A stretch of DNA of 64,000 nt from Gammaproteobacteria bacterium (lineage in GTDB: Bacteria > Pseudomonadota > Gammaproteobacteria > Ga0077536), in contig JBLFWX010000022.1 of the NCBI GenBank assembly GCA_047611805.1, positions 233-64,232 of the forward strand, read 5' to 3'. Under the pieces are notes generated by a model, which was not told the DNA's origin, searched no databases, and worked only from the letters and a program-made list of their open reading frames with translations. The number at the start of each line of letters is the position of its first letter. Within the stretch, counting starts at the first letter, position 1. The translations under genes were made by a program, and so were the position numbers. Of the stretch, positions 1 through 10,400 are shown piece by piece.

Positions 1-621
1 GACACATCCGCCGACGTAGCGAGTGGCGAAATCAAAGTTAAGACCACATTCGACAACAACTCGGGACAGGGTTTAAGCACTCCAACAGAAGCTTTTGGGG
101 TCTTTTCCTCGCAAGGTGTTTTGCAGGACACATTGCGATTCACTTCCGAATCCGGAGCGCCGTACGAAGTCGTGTTTAATCTCGATGTCACAGGCTCGCT
201 TAATAACAGCGCAGGCACCGCAGGAAACATCAGTGCGTTTCTGCGTGCGACCGGCTTCCCGTCGAATCAAGTCGCGTTCACCGCGAATGGGAATCATGCA
301 ACTACGCTGAGTGTGACCGCGTCGTTGGCAGGAGCGAGCGCATCAGTGGATTTGTTCACCTCATTGAGTATGGTTTATTTTGGCGTTGATGATGCTGCGC
401 GAATAGACGTAGATTTCTCCAACACAGCCGCGCTTTCGGTTGACTTACCCGAAGGCGTGGTCCTGTCTGGATCAGACAATGGTTTGCTGGGTGCTCCCAC
501 CGTGGTCCCTGTGCCGGCAGGGTTCGTGCTGTTCTTCAGCGGTATGGTGGGGCTCGGCTTAAGCGCATTCCGCAGTACGGCATCGCAACGGGCAACGGAT
601 ACTGCCGGACTCGAAAGATAA
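1..621 (+). CDS. VPLPA/PEP-CTERM sorting-domain surface protein, 5'-truncated by the window edge
   Basis: Frame 1 is open from base 1 (DTSADVASGEIKV...). The body is Ser/Thr/Gly/Asn-rich and ends in VPVPAG + hydrophobic helix FVLFFSGMVGLGL + basic residue, the exosortase target signature. Confidence 0.8.
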   Translation, partial: DTSADVASGEIKVKTTFDNNSGQGLSTPTEAFGVFSSQGVLQDTLRFTSESGAPYEVVFNLDVTGSLNNSAGTAGNISAFLRATGFPSNQVAFTANGNHATTLSVTASLAGASASVDLFTSLSMVYFGVDDAARIDVDFSNTAALSVDLPEGVVLSGSDNGLLGAPTVVPVPAGFVLFFSGMVGLGLSAFRSTASQRATDTAGLER

Positions 622-744
622 GAAGCCAATAGTAAGAAACCAATAGGGTCAGACTCGGTCGGTAGGCCCCGGATGTTCAGCGTGCACAGTGAAAGGGACG
701 GGCTTATTCGCTAGATTGACTGTCTAACTAAATAGGTCTGTCCC
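619..744. repeat. REP-like element: 14-bp tandem repeat plus imperfect hairpin
   Basis: taagaagccaatag/taagaaaccaatag (619-646) runs into aatagggtcagactc. Hairpin gggacgggcttatt (695-708) ... aataggtctgtccc (731-744). A degenerate third copy aataggctaactgtccc lies near 1046. Confidence 0.4.
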
Positions 745-1120
745 AATTGATTTTAATGGACGAAGAATCAACGAACTTTGCGCGCAACCGCCCCCAGGCG
801 TTGCGCAATGGAAGCGACCGCAAACGTGCTTCCCGTCCTACGCACTGCCAAAAGACTATAGGCAATTCTTAGACGCTTGCAGTTGCAAGGAATTCTCGCC
901 AGCATAATTGCCATCTGCACCGGTGTTATCAGCAACGACTGGCTCTCGCGCTTCTGTTCGGTAGCAAAAAGCCGACGTGCGAAGGCACACTCGGTCTTCA
1001 AGACAGCTTAAACGGAACTGTGCGGATCGCCGTTTTCGAGCGACAATAGGCTAACTGTCCCTGATTGCATTATCGGGTACTTGTCAATTTGCGATCGCCA
1101 ACCCAATAAGGAACGCATAA

Positions 1121-2794
1121 ATGGCTTATGACTTGCTGATCAAAAACGGATTGGTCGTTGACGGGACCGGAGCGCCTGGAGCGCGGGCCGATATCGCCGT
1201 TAGCGCGGGAAAAATTTCCGCCATCGGTAAACTATCCGGTCCGGCGAGAAAGACAATCGACGCGAGCGACTGCGTGGTGAGCCCGGGGTTTATCGATCCA
1301 CATACTCACTATGACGCGCAAATCTGTTGGGACGGCGCCGTCACGCCGTCGCCGTGGCATGGCGTCACAAGCGTGATCATGGGTAACTGTGGTGTTGGCA
1401 TCGCGCCGTGTTTGCCGGCGGCGCGCAATGTTGCGATGCATGATTTGGTTAACGTCGAATCGATACCTTTCGATGTGCTGAATAAGGGTATTACTTGGGA
1501 CTGGGAAACCTTCCCCGAATACCTCGACGCCGCGGCGCGACGTAAACCTTCTGTGAATCTCGGATTCATGGCACCACTGACTCCGTTCAGACACTATGTG
1601 ATGGGCGACGAATCAATTGAGCGCGCCGCGACGGCCGACGAAACGATTCAAATCGCACGGTTGTTGGGAGAAGCCGTCGACGCAGGGGCGCTTGGGTTCT
1701 CAAGCACCATTTTGAATCAACACTTAGGCTTCAATGGACGGCCGCTTGCGTGCCGCAACGCGAGCCGTGCGGAACTCAAAGCGTATTCGAACATGCTTAA
1801 GAACCGCGGTAAGGGTGCCATCGAAATCGCGTTGACCCGACAGATTTCCGTTCTCGACGAAGAGCAAGTTTCGCTGCTCGATTTCTTACTTGATGAGAGC
1901 GGGCGGCCGGTGACATTCATTGCGATGTTCGATCGCGAAGATTTACCTGAAGCAGTACGCACAACTATGGCTCGCATTGCGCCAATGATCGCGAAAGGCG
2001 CACGACCACAGACCTCGCCACTGCCGTTAACTCGCGAGATCAGTATGCGTAGTCCGTTCTCGTTCGCGTCTTTTCCGTCGTGGCAAAGAGTATTCGCGGA
2101 CAAGTCGAAAGAAGCGCAACGCGCGGTCTATGCCGATCGCGCGTTTCGCGATCAATTTCGCGAAGAATTGAAACAACCTCTCGCTGCGGGAAGTTGGGAT
2201 CGAATCACCCTGCATGAATGTCAGTCCCCCGAGCTGAAGAATTTTGAAGGGCAGACCGTCGCGGAAATCGCCGCTGCCCAGGGTAAGGATGGTGTAGATG
2301 CGTTTTTGGACATCACGCTGGCCGACGATCTAGATCTTGAATTCACCATGACAGCCTACAATCGGCGGGTCGACCGCATGACGGAGTTACTGAGCGATCG
2401 GTCGGTTCTCATCGGCCTCGGTGATGGCGGCGCGCATGTCGATATGTTGTGTGACTGTGGTTATCCAACATATTTCCTCGGAACATGGGTTCGCGAACGC
2501 GGAATTATGTCGCTCGAAGAAGGTGTACGACGGTTAACGTCGGATCCCGCAGATTTCTACGGAATCACCGATCGCGGGCGCTTGCGCGAAGGGCTCGCGG
2601 CCGACATCACAATATTCGATCCGAGTACCATTGGTTCGAGCAACCGCGGCGAAAAGCGCTTCGATTTACCGGGCGGCGGAAAACGCATGGTCATGCCGTC
2701 AAGAGGTGTGGAGCACACCATCGTTAATGGTGAGGTGATTTACGCCGAAGGTAGTTTGCAGACGAGTGGCGCCGGCACCGTACTAAGATCCTAG
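1121..2794 (+). CDS. N-acyl-D-amino-acid deacylase family amidohydrolase
   Basis: YDLLIKNGLVVDGTG start, PGFIDPHTHYD metal motif, MGNCG, DGGAH, RGRLREGLAADITIFD. Confidence 0.9.
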   Translation: MAYDLLIKNGLVVDGTGAPGARADIAVSAGKISAIGKLSGPARKTIDASDCVVSPGFIDPHTHYDAQICWDGAVTPSPWHGVTSVIMGNCGVGIAPCLPAARNVAMHDLVNVESIPFDVLNKGITWDWETFPEYLDAAARRKPSVNLGFMAPLTPFRHYVMGDESIERAATADETIQIARLLGEAVDAGALGFSSTILNQHLGFNGRPLACRNASRAELKAYSNMLKNRGKGAIEIALTRQISVLDEEQVSLLDFLLDESGRPVTFIAMFDREDLPEAVRTTMARIAPMIAKGARPQTSPLPLTREISMRSPFSFASFPSWQRVFADKSKEAQRAVYADRAFRDQFREELKQPLAAGSWDRITLHECQSPELKNFEGQTVAEIAAAQGKDGVDAFLDITLADDLDLEFTMTAYNRRVDRMTELLSDRSVLIGLGDGGAHVDMLCDCGYPTYFLGTWVRERGIMSLEEGVRRLTSDPADFYGITDRGRLREGLAADITIFDPSTIGSSNRGEKRFDLPGGGKRMVMPSRGVEHTIVNGEVIYAEGSLQTSGAGTVLRS

Positions 2795-2875
2795 TCGGCC
2801 GAACGGGCACGGGCGTGGCATCTCCAGTTAGCCGCTTTGCGACCGTGACAACGTAAGTTCTTCGTGGGATTAACT

Positions 2876-3451
2876 ATGGCATCAGACGATAATTCCGGCA
2901 CCGTTCATAGTGAAGTCTGGCGGGTGGTTGAATTGTTAGCAACCACGCCTGCTGGACCAGCTAATGCGCACCGTTTGGACGAACTGGCAAAAGCTTTCGA
3001 AAAGCTTCGCGTCGGCGACGACGCTGTGCGTGCGGAGGCAGAATCAGAAATTTGGACGATCTGGTCGGACCATCCAGAATCGGCGGCGAAGCTCGAGATG
3101 CAACATGCGACGCAAGTGTTTGGCAAAGGTAACGTTAAGACTGCTATTGCGGAATTCGACAGCTTGATAGACCACTATCCGCTTTGGGCTGAAGCCTGGA
3201 ATAAGCGCGCGACAGCGCAGTTCCTCCTCGGTAACGATTCCGCCAGCATTCGAGATATTTACCAAACCCTAGTACTCGAGCCACGCCATTTCGGGGCACT
3301 CAGCGGATTCGCGCAGATTTGTATGCGCAACGATGCGCAAGATGCGGCGCAGGCAGCGTTGCGTCGCGTACTCATCGTCTATCCCTCGGCGACCGGGGTT
3401 GCGAATGCTGTTGCGAGCTTGGCCAACGATTCGCCAAACACTTTGCATTAA
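2876..3451 (+). CDS. tetratricopeptide repeat protein
   Basis: AESEIWTIW...PLWAEAWNKRAT...LEPRHFGALSG TPR pattern. ATG at 2876 preferred over GTG at 2864. Confidence 0.8.
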   Translation: MASDDNSGTVHSEVWRVVELLATTPAGPANAHRLDELAKAFEKLRVGDDAVRAEAESEIWTIWSDHPESAAKLEMQHATQVFGKGNVKTAIAEFDSLIDHYPLWAEAWNKRATAQFLLGNDSASIRDIYQTLVLEPRHFGALSGFAQICMRNDAQDAAQAALRRVLIVYPSATGVANAVASLANDSPNTLH

Positions 3452-3788
3452 CGAAGCTGCGATCTGTCGCGAACGCGATTTACTCGCGTAAAACTGCGAG
3501 CGTGAGGCGCGAGACACAACACAGACGATCTTTGTGATCGCGAATCTCAACTTGCCACGCGAAAAAGGATCCCGTGGCAACGCGTTGACGAGATTCCTTG
3601 TCACGTCGTTGTAGACACGCCGCGTCACCAGTTGAGCGCGAATGAAGTAAGAACGGTACGTTGCACGGGTCGACTGAGTCCAATTATGCTTATCGTGCTT
3701 ATGGTCAAATCGGTCGCAGTTCCGTGGTTTTTCGGACTACGTACCGAAACGGAAATGATCGAAATAAGCGGTTGAGCGTCGACTTAAT

Positions 3789-6302
3789 TTAACGATATGA
3801 CGAGTTAGCGATGTAGATCTCAAATTCATTTAGGGGTAACGCTTTGCTAAATAAGAAACCTTGAAAAATTGAGCAGCCGTATTCACGAAGAAAATTGAAT
3901 TGTGTCTGGGTTTCAACGCCTTCGGCGACAATATCGAGCCCCAGATTTTCGCCTAGCGCTATGATCGTTCTGGCAATGGCCTCCGCTTTTTTGTCATTGC
4001 CAATATCTGCAACAAACGCCTGATCTATCTTGATTTGGTCGAGCGGCAATCTCCGCAAGTACGATAACGACGAATAGCCGCTGCCGAAATCATCCAGCGA
4101 TATGCGGAATCCCAAATCTCGAAGGCGTCGCATCTTTGCGACGGTTTCATCGAAATTCTCAACGACCGCGCGTTCGGTCAATTCGAGCACGATAGTGTCA
4201 GGAGACACGCTGTGTCGCTGACAATGTGCTCTCAGTTTTTCCACAAAGTCGCCCTCGCGAAATTGCAAGTAGCTCACATTAACCGCCAGATAAGTCGGCT
4301 TGCTTAGGGCGCCCACGTCGCGCCACGCGCTCAGCTGCTTACAAGCACATTCTATAACCCATGCCCCAATGTCTCGGATTAATCCACATTCTTCGGCGAT
4401 CGGAATGAATTCCAGTGGCGCAATGTATCCACGCGCTGGGTGTCGCCAGCGGATGAGTCCTTCCGCTGCGAAACCGTCGACTCCCGCAAGGACCTGAGGT
4501 TGATAGTACAGTTCGAATTGCCCCGCACTCAGGGCCAGTTGCAAATCTTGCTGCATTTCGAGTTTAGCGTTTGCCCGCCGCGCCATATCCGGGCGGTAGA
4601 ACCGAAAGGTATTTCGGCCTTCAGTTTTACCTTGGTACATAGCGGTATCGGCGAAGCGCAAGTAATCGGACGGGTCATCCAAGTCTTGGGGATACATCGA
4701 TATACCAATTGTTGCCGTGATACGAATTTCACGCCCTTGTATCATGAACGGCCGCCTAAGCTCATCGGCGATGCGGGCTGCAACCCCATTGATGAACTTG
4801 TTTGCAGTGCTCTGTCCAAGAACGTCTTGCGGGCCGGCGTCCGCTATCAATAAGACGAATTCGTCGCCGCCAAGACGGCTCACCACATCTTCTTGCCGGA
4901 TCAGCTTCTGTAATCGGGTTGCGGCTTCAGTGAGCAGCTCGTCGCCGGCGGCGTGACCCATAGAGTCATTGATGGTTTTAAAATGATCGAGATCTAAAAA
5001 TAGCAGAGCGCCCTCGGTTCCGCGTCGTCGTGCAACGGCGACGGCAGCGTCAATTCGACTAATTAAATAACGACGATTGGGTAGGCCGGTTAAAGCGTCG
5101 TGAAAGGCAAGTCGCTCTACTTCCTCTTCGGCCAGGATTCTGGGTGAGATATCGAGCATCGATGCAACATGGTGGGTCGTGTTTCCTTGTTCATCTACAA
5201 CGACAGTTATATTTAACCACATGGGTATTTCGACCCCGTCCTTGCGTCGCCGCCACACCTCCCCTGACCAGCGCTTTTGTTGCGCTAATCTTAAGGCCAT
5301 ATCTTCGTAGTAGGCAGCGTCGTGGCGGCTCGAACGCAGGAAGTTCAGATCATTCCCGATTACGTCCTTGGATGTGTATTGCAGAACTTCGGTAAACGCC
5401 TCATTTACTTGTAGAACGCGAGCTTGCGGATCGGTAATTATCATTGGGCCGTGTGATTCAAATGCGGATGCGGCGATCCGTAATTGTTCTTCGACTCTTT
5501 TTTGTGCTGATATGTCGATGTTCGAACCGATTATATAAATGGCAGCGCCATGCGCATCGCGCTCGGCGACCCGCGCCCGCGTTAGTGCCCAAAAGTAGTC
5601 GCCGTTTTTCTTACGGATGCGAAATTCAATTTCTGCTTCATTTTGATCACCATGTGCGAGTGATTCAAGATATTCGGCAACATTGGCTCTATCAGCACAA
5701 TGCACAATGCCGCGCTCGTAACATGCAGCCATACTGCCGACCTCTCCCAGATTGTAGCCAGTCATGGCCAACCAATTCTCTAGAGGTAAGAGTCGATCCC
5801 CGTCTGGTTGCCACTGCCATAGCCCTTGTCGCGATGTCGCAACGGCTACTTGCAAATTTTCTTGTGCGCGTTTGAGGTCAGTGACGTCAAGAATTAAGGT
5901 GTCCCAGATAATGCTGCCATCTTTTCTTCGTTCGGGACGGCCGATTCCATGCAGTGACTTTATGCCGCCATGGGTAGGCGTAATCCGCCATTGATGATCG
6001 AATAGGTTTAAGTCTCGAGCAGAATCTTCCAGTTTTTGGCGCACGTCCGGCATGTCGTCAATCAGCACCAGTGACCAAATCGAATCTACGGCAGCGAGTG
6101 CGCGTTCCTTCGATATGCCCCATAACTCCGCGGCCGCGTCGCTGATATATAGAAAATCATCTGAACCATCTGCTTTAATCCGATAGCGGAGGACTGCGCC
6201 CGGGATGTTGTCGATAATATTACGGAAGAAATTGTCGGGTATAGCGCCCGATGGATCGACGTGAAGATCGTTCGGCGGGTCCTGATCCGAGGGGGACGTC
6301 AT
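3789..6302 (-). CDS. PAS/PAC-GGDEF-EAL diguanylate cyclase/phosphodiesterase
   Basis: Three PAS/PAC repeats, HDALTGLPNR, SRLGGDEF intact, AEGLIRW (EAL variant), DDFGSGYSSL, AEGVET. Confidence 0.95.
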   Translation of the reverse strand: MTSPSDQDPPNDLHVDPSGAIPDNFFRNIIDNIPGAVLRYRIKADGSDDFLYISDAAAELWGISKERALAAVDSIWSLVLIDDMPDVRQKLEDSARDLNLFDHQWRITPTHGGIKSLHGIGRPERRKDGSIIWDTLILDVTDLKRAQENLQVAVATSRQGLWQWQPDGDRLLPLENWLAMTGYNLGEVGSMAACYERGIVHCADRANVAEYLESLAHGDQNEAEIEFRIRKKNGDYFWALTRARVAERDAHGAAIYIIGSNIDISAQKRVEEQLRIAASAFESHGPMIITDPQARVLQVNEAFTEVLQYTSKDVIGNDLNFLRSSRHDAAYYEDMALRLAQQKRWSGEVWRRRKDGVEIPMWLNITVVVDEQGNTTHHVASMLDISPRILAEEEVERLAFHDALTGLPNRRYLISRIDAAVAVARRRGTEGALLFLDLDHFKTINDSMGHAAGDELLTEAATRLQKLIRQEDVVSRLGGDEFVLLIADAGPQDVLGQSTANKFINGVAARIADELRRPFMIQGREIRITATIGISMYPQDLDDPSDYLRFADTAMYQGKTEGRNTFRFYRPDMARRANAKLEMQQDLQLALSAGQFELYYQPQVLAGVDGFAAEGLIRWRHPARGYIAPLEFIPIAEECGLIRDIGAWVIECACKQLSAWRDVGALSKPTYLAVNVSYLQFREGDFVEKLRAHCQRHSVSPDTIVLELTERAVVENFDETVAKMRRLRDLGFRISLDDFGSGYSSLSYLRRLPLDQIKIDQAFVADIGNDKKAEAIARTIIALGENLGLDIVAEGVETQTQFNFLREYGCSIFQGFLFSKALPLNEFEIYIANSSYR

Positions 6303-6602
6303 AAGTTGTCAACTGCTAGTGCGCTTTTGTACAGGCAAATTACGTAGGCTAAATTGCCCAATTTCAAATTGTGCCCGACGCGCTGCTTGGATAGTAAGCT
6401 TAATTAGCTCGATTTACAGCTCCAACCGCGAACACCAGCCCTGTACTTGCTAACAGCTACCTTAATACCAAAGCATTTGCGCCGAATTCGATATTCCTTG
6501 CGCGACGACTAAAACCATGAGCGTGCGATGCAGATTTATTGACGATGACGCTGGGTAGAATTCGCCGCCATATTGGCGAATTCTGCTCGTGCACAAGCGA
6601 TC

Positions 6603-6636
6603 AAGTTGAATGTTCGGTGCACCGAACATTCAACTT
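6603..6636. repeat. perfect 34-bp loopless palindrome
   Basis: aagttgaatgttcggtg|caccgaacattcaactt is its own reverse complement. It lies between divergent genes. Confidence 0.95.
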
Positions 6637-6859
6637 TCCACTATCCGAATGTCCACACGTAGCTCGAACGACACTTTCGCCTGAGGTCAATCGGAGCATT
6701 ACATGATTCTCCTTATCGACAACCGTATTGCACCGACCGCGGTCACTTGATCGTTCCGGCAGTCGCTTGCGATTGACCAACGTCCCAAGGGCTATCGTTG
6801 GGGCTTAGGTATGAAGATCGTCGAGGTTCGATTCGGCCCCTGTGATTAGCACAAAAATT

Positions 6860-6946
6860 ATTTGCAGTTGCCCTCCACGGAACGAAAACAGCGTGATGTT
6901 TGCAGTCACATTTCGAGTGGCTTACGCTATTCCTTGGTCGACTCAC
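6860..6946 (-). mobile_element. IS200/IS605 TnpA N-terminal remnant
   Basis: Minus strand reads (V)SRPRNSVSHSKCDCKHHAVFVPWR, resembling the TnpA start SLSHSKWDCKYHVVFVPKRR. Similarity is lost immediately after. Confidence 0.6.
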
Positions 6947-7071
6947 CGATGAGCGCAATTGCCTCTGCATTACAACCGTCAGAAGCAATTCACCGACTTC
7001 CTTATCGGCCAACGAAATCTTATGCCTGCGCCAAATGCGGGTTCCTGTGTTGTGATTCGATGGAGGTCTGT

Positions 7072-8235
7072 ATGGATTTAGCAAACGAGTTAATCGGTCG
7101 TGCGCGTGAGTTGAAACCGGTATTGGCGTCCCGAGCTGCGGCAACAGAAGACAATCGAGCACCCCTCGACGAAACCATGACCGACTTGACTGACGCAGGC
7201 TTCCTACAAATTCTGACACCTAAGCGGTACGGTGGTCATGAGTTGCATATTGATACCTTGGTGTCGGTGTCGCGAATTATTTCGTCGGCATGTGCTTCAA
7301 CAGGTTGGGTGAGCGCCTTTTTTATTGGACATAACTGGTTTCACTCCGTGTTTCCGCAGGAATCACAAGACGAAGTTTTTGCCGAGAATCCTTATCAACG
7401 CAGTTCAGCTCAGATTTCACCAACTGCTCAGGCTGTCAAAGTTAACGGGGGATACGAAGTGACCGGCCAGCAGTCTTGGAGTTCCGGTGCAACCCACGCG
7501 ACCTACGTCTTTTTTACAGCGATTTATGCCGCCAGCGATGCAGAGCCCGAGTTACTACTATTTTGCATCCCTCGAGAGAACGTGGAATTGATCGACAATT
7601 GGTATATCGCGGGCATGCGCGGCACGGGTAGCTGCGATGTTAAGGTCGACAACGTTTTTGTTCCTGAGCATCACATGTTGCCTTTTAAGGATTTTTTGGA
7701 CGGCTCGCATTTTGGGTCGAGACTTTATGATAGTCCAGTATTCCAGATGCCAGCTGCGGCAATCATTTTTTTCGAAGGGATGGCGGTGGTGTCCGGGATT
7801 TTGCGTGGCATGGTCGAGAATTTTCAGGAAATTACTGAAAGACGAATCAATACCTATACAGGCACCGGGGTTGCGGCTAAGCCGAGCTCGCAGATGCGGC
7901 TCGCGCGCGGTCGCGCGACGGCCGATGCGATTGACGACATGGTCGATTCCATTACGGCACGAACCATACAAAAGAGTGCGAGTGGCGGTCTCAGCCTGCA
8001 AGACCGCGCCGATATTCGCATGCGCTGCGGTCTGGTCAATAAAATGTGCTCTGATGCGGTCAACGATCTTATGCATGGCGCAGGCGGTAGCTCGTTTATG
8101 GATGACGTCGCCTTGCAGCGCTTCTTCCGAGATTCGAACGTTTTGCGAACGCACGCGGCGATGGACTTTGAAGCATCGAGTGAGATGTATGGTCGCGTAT
8201 TGCTTGGGATGGATCCTGGTACACCGGTGCTCTAA
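7072..8235 (+). CDS. acyl-CoA dehydrogenase-fold flavin-dependent monooxygenase, oxygenase subunit (HsaA-like)
   Basis: GGAGG RBS at 7062 before ATG 7072. PKRYGG, CASTGW, WSSG, W..AGMRGTGS, LQRFFRD.N...H motifs. Confidence 0.88.
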   Translation: MDLANELIGRARELKPVLASRAAATEDNRAPLDETMTDLTDAGFLQILTPKRYGGHELHIDTLVSVSRIISSACASTGWVSAFFIGHNWFHSVFPQESQDEVFAENPYQRSSAQISPTAQAVKVNGGYEVTGQQSWSSGATHATYVFFTAIYAASDAEPELLLFCIPRENVELIDNWYIAGMRGTGSCDVKVDNVFVPEHHMLPFKDFLDGSHFGSRLYDSPVFQMPAAAIIFFEGMAVVSGILRGMVENFQEITERRINTYTGTGVAAKPSSQMRLARGRATADAIDDMVDSITARTIQKSASGGLSLQDRADIRMRCGLVNKMCSDAVNDLMHGAGGSSFMDDVALQRFFRDSNVLRTHAAMDFEASSEMYGRVLLGMDPGTPVL

Positions 8236-8404
8236 ATTGAATCGAAGTAATCTCTGATTGTGGGAAAATCAATTTCCCGCTCAGAAACCGTGGCAACCCG
8301 TTAGTCGGGGGATAGTACCTGCGGAAAAATCCGCGCTCTCTGTTGGCGTAATAGGAACGCGCGACAATCTAAGGTGTGAAGTTGCAATCTCAATGGACCG
8401 GGAA

Positions 8405-9352
8405 TTACGTCCTCGTGGTTGGATTGAATTCGATCAATACACGGCATTCGATGGATTCACGCGGCGGTGTCAGCGCGTCTGCATCAGGCAGTCGACACGA
8501 TGTGTGCGCAGTGTGCGGCGGGCACGCTTGGATAGTCGACAATCCAAGTTCTGTGGCGGTGTCGAATATCTTGAACACGAGTGCTTCGTCATGGCGCATT
8601 TGGTCGTAGAAGATCCATCGATGCCGCGACTGGTGTAGGACGTTAACGACTTCTCCGACCCTATGCGGATAGATGTACTTCGCAATTTGAAAATCCGATG
8701 GCCGGGTCGTGGCGGCGTCGAGCACCACGAGGGGGTAGTCTCGGACGGGGTAGTCTGTACGAAAATGGCGCCACACGTTAAAAATACCAAAGTGGCTGTT
8801 CGCAATTCGTTCGGCGTCTTCATCAGTTAGCGGTGGTGCCGGCAAGGTAACGCTGCCACCTTGCGCTTTGGTTTTTGCTAACAATCGAACTCGAGTTTTG
8901 GCTGAAGCGCTGCTGTTGTCGTTGTGAGCACCATTCGCGTAGCCGCCAACGTTCTCGCCGTTTGTTTCTTTTTCGCCGCGTTCACGGCGTGCGACCGATC
9001 GGATGGTATGGTCGAATACGATAGCGCGTCTCACGTTCGCCACGCCAAGTGCTTCGGTGACCAAGGCGCCTACTTGGGGATAGTACTTCGCGATTATTTC
9101 ATCGGAGTTAAGCCCATCGCTTTGCAGGTCAACTTTGGGCGTAAAACTATCGGCGAAGACGAATCCGTTCTTCGTCAATGACGGAAGCGGTGCCAGCGCG
9201 CGACCATCGTGCAGGTCAATAAGCACCATTTGTGAGCGACCATTGTGCCGCTGCGTTACGCCTTGCGGAAGCTCTTTAAAACTGCCGTCGTAAGCATAAG
9301 TGGGTTTCCCGTCGAGACTTGGAAGCGCGTGATTCAGTTCAACAGTCGTCAT
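8405..9352 (-). CDS. CmcJ/NvfI (AsaB-like) family oxidoreductase
   Basis: DGR..SL.KNGF, YYPQV, VFDHTIR, AHND, FNVWR, PL.VLDA, HRWIFY, FKIFD, TAHT, RESIECRVL. Confidence 0.85.
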   Translation of the reverse strand: MTTVELNHALPSLDGKPTYAYDGSFKELPQGVTQRHNGRSQMVLIDLHDGRALAPLPSLTKNGFVFADSFTPKVDLQSDGLNSDEIIAKYYPQVGALVTEALGVANVRRAIVFDHTIRSVARRERGEKETNGENVGGYANGAHNDNSSASAKTRVRLLAKTKAQGGSVTLPAPPLTDEDAERIANSHFGIFNVWRHFRTDYPVRDYPLVVLDAATTRPSDFQIAKYIYPHRVGEVVNVLHQSRHRWIFYDQMRHDEALVFKIFDTATELGLSTIQACPPHTAHTSCRLPDADALTPPRESIECRVLIEFNPTTRT

Positions 9353-9570
9353 AGTGTTTACATTCCTACATCATCTTTCGAGTTCGGCTTATCTGGAATT
9401 GGCGCAAGGTCTATCGATGCTAAATCTCAACAGTCCATCTATCGCCGTAACCACTCACGAGTGTTTCGGATTCGAAGGTCCTTAAACTTTCGTACTAACG
9501 CTGTCGCGCGTTGAAATCATTGTCCGGGAATAAAACCGCGAGAACTCGTGTGAACGCATCCTGGAGGCCG

Positions 9571-9598
9571 CGCAACTTGGCACGACCGCTAAGTTGCG
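9571..9598 (-). terminator. possible terminator hairpin after the ABM gene
   Basis: cgcaacttggc...gctaagttgcg stem just downstream of the stop at 9606. No clear U-tract. Confidence 0.3.
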
Positions 9599-9605
9599 GA
9601 GGGTT

Positions 9606-9899
9606 CTAGACGCCGAAGTAGTCGAAGAAGCGGATCTTCGGTTCTGTAGCTACCATGCCCGCGATGGCTTCCATGTCGCCGCGTTCAGTTCTCCAGCCAA
9701 GATACTTCTCATACGCTTCGCGGAAATCCCATTGTTCAACGACTAAGAGTTCCGTTGGGTCGTCCTGATTCTGTCCGATGTGTAAGGTCACAAAGCCTGC
9801 GAATCCGCGCGTGTCTGGCAGTATGCTTGTGAACCAATCACGGGCTTTATCGACGCAGTCAGGCTCGGTCTTGAGTTCTAGTGCGACTTGGCACGTCAT
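9606..9899 (-). CDS. antibiotic biosynthesis monooxygenase (ABM) family protein
   Basis: 97 aa; LPDTRGFAG..., QDDP..L.VEQW...EAYEKYLGWR; AGGAGG RBS. Confidence 0.85.
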   Translation of the reverse strand: MTCQVALELKTEPDCVDKARDWFTSILPDTRGFAGFVTLHIGQNQDDPTELLVVEQWDFREAYEKYLGWRTERGDMEAIAGMVATEPKIRFFDYFGV

Positions 9900-10400
9900 C
9901 GGAGCCTCCTGTTAACTAATTGGGTTTGAGCGTTTGATTGTAGTTCAAGATTCGGCGGAGGGGGGCCGCGAAACAGGCTAATCGCCGTGATTATCTGACA
10001 GCGTGTCTGGATTCGATTTTGCCGATTGGAAGACTGAGATTTCGCGCAGCTCCGGCGCACCCTGAGCGTTATTGAAAATAACGGCTGAGCCATGGACAGA
10101 TACAAGGTGCTAGGCTACCCGCTGCCCGTTGGTAGAACCCCGGGATGTTCCGCGTGTTTATAGCGTGTTTGGGCATCGCCAGGTAGTTGATCTGGGGAAA
10201 TAAATATAAACCGGCGGAACTACCGTCATTGGGTAGTCGCCCCGCAACAACCAACCTGTCGATATCGACATTAATCTGGGTGAGAAACACATCCATCCTG
10301 AGACGCTCAATCGATAAAAACATCAGCGTTATAAAGACGATGAAACCCGACTCCATTTAAATCACATTACTTAACCTCAATTACTCAATAGGAGTCGGTC

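Noticed and set aside
10069-10356. 95-aa minus-strand ORF
   Set aside because: No recognisable motif; cannot be told apart from a chance ORF or a remnant.
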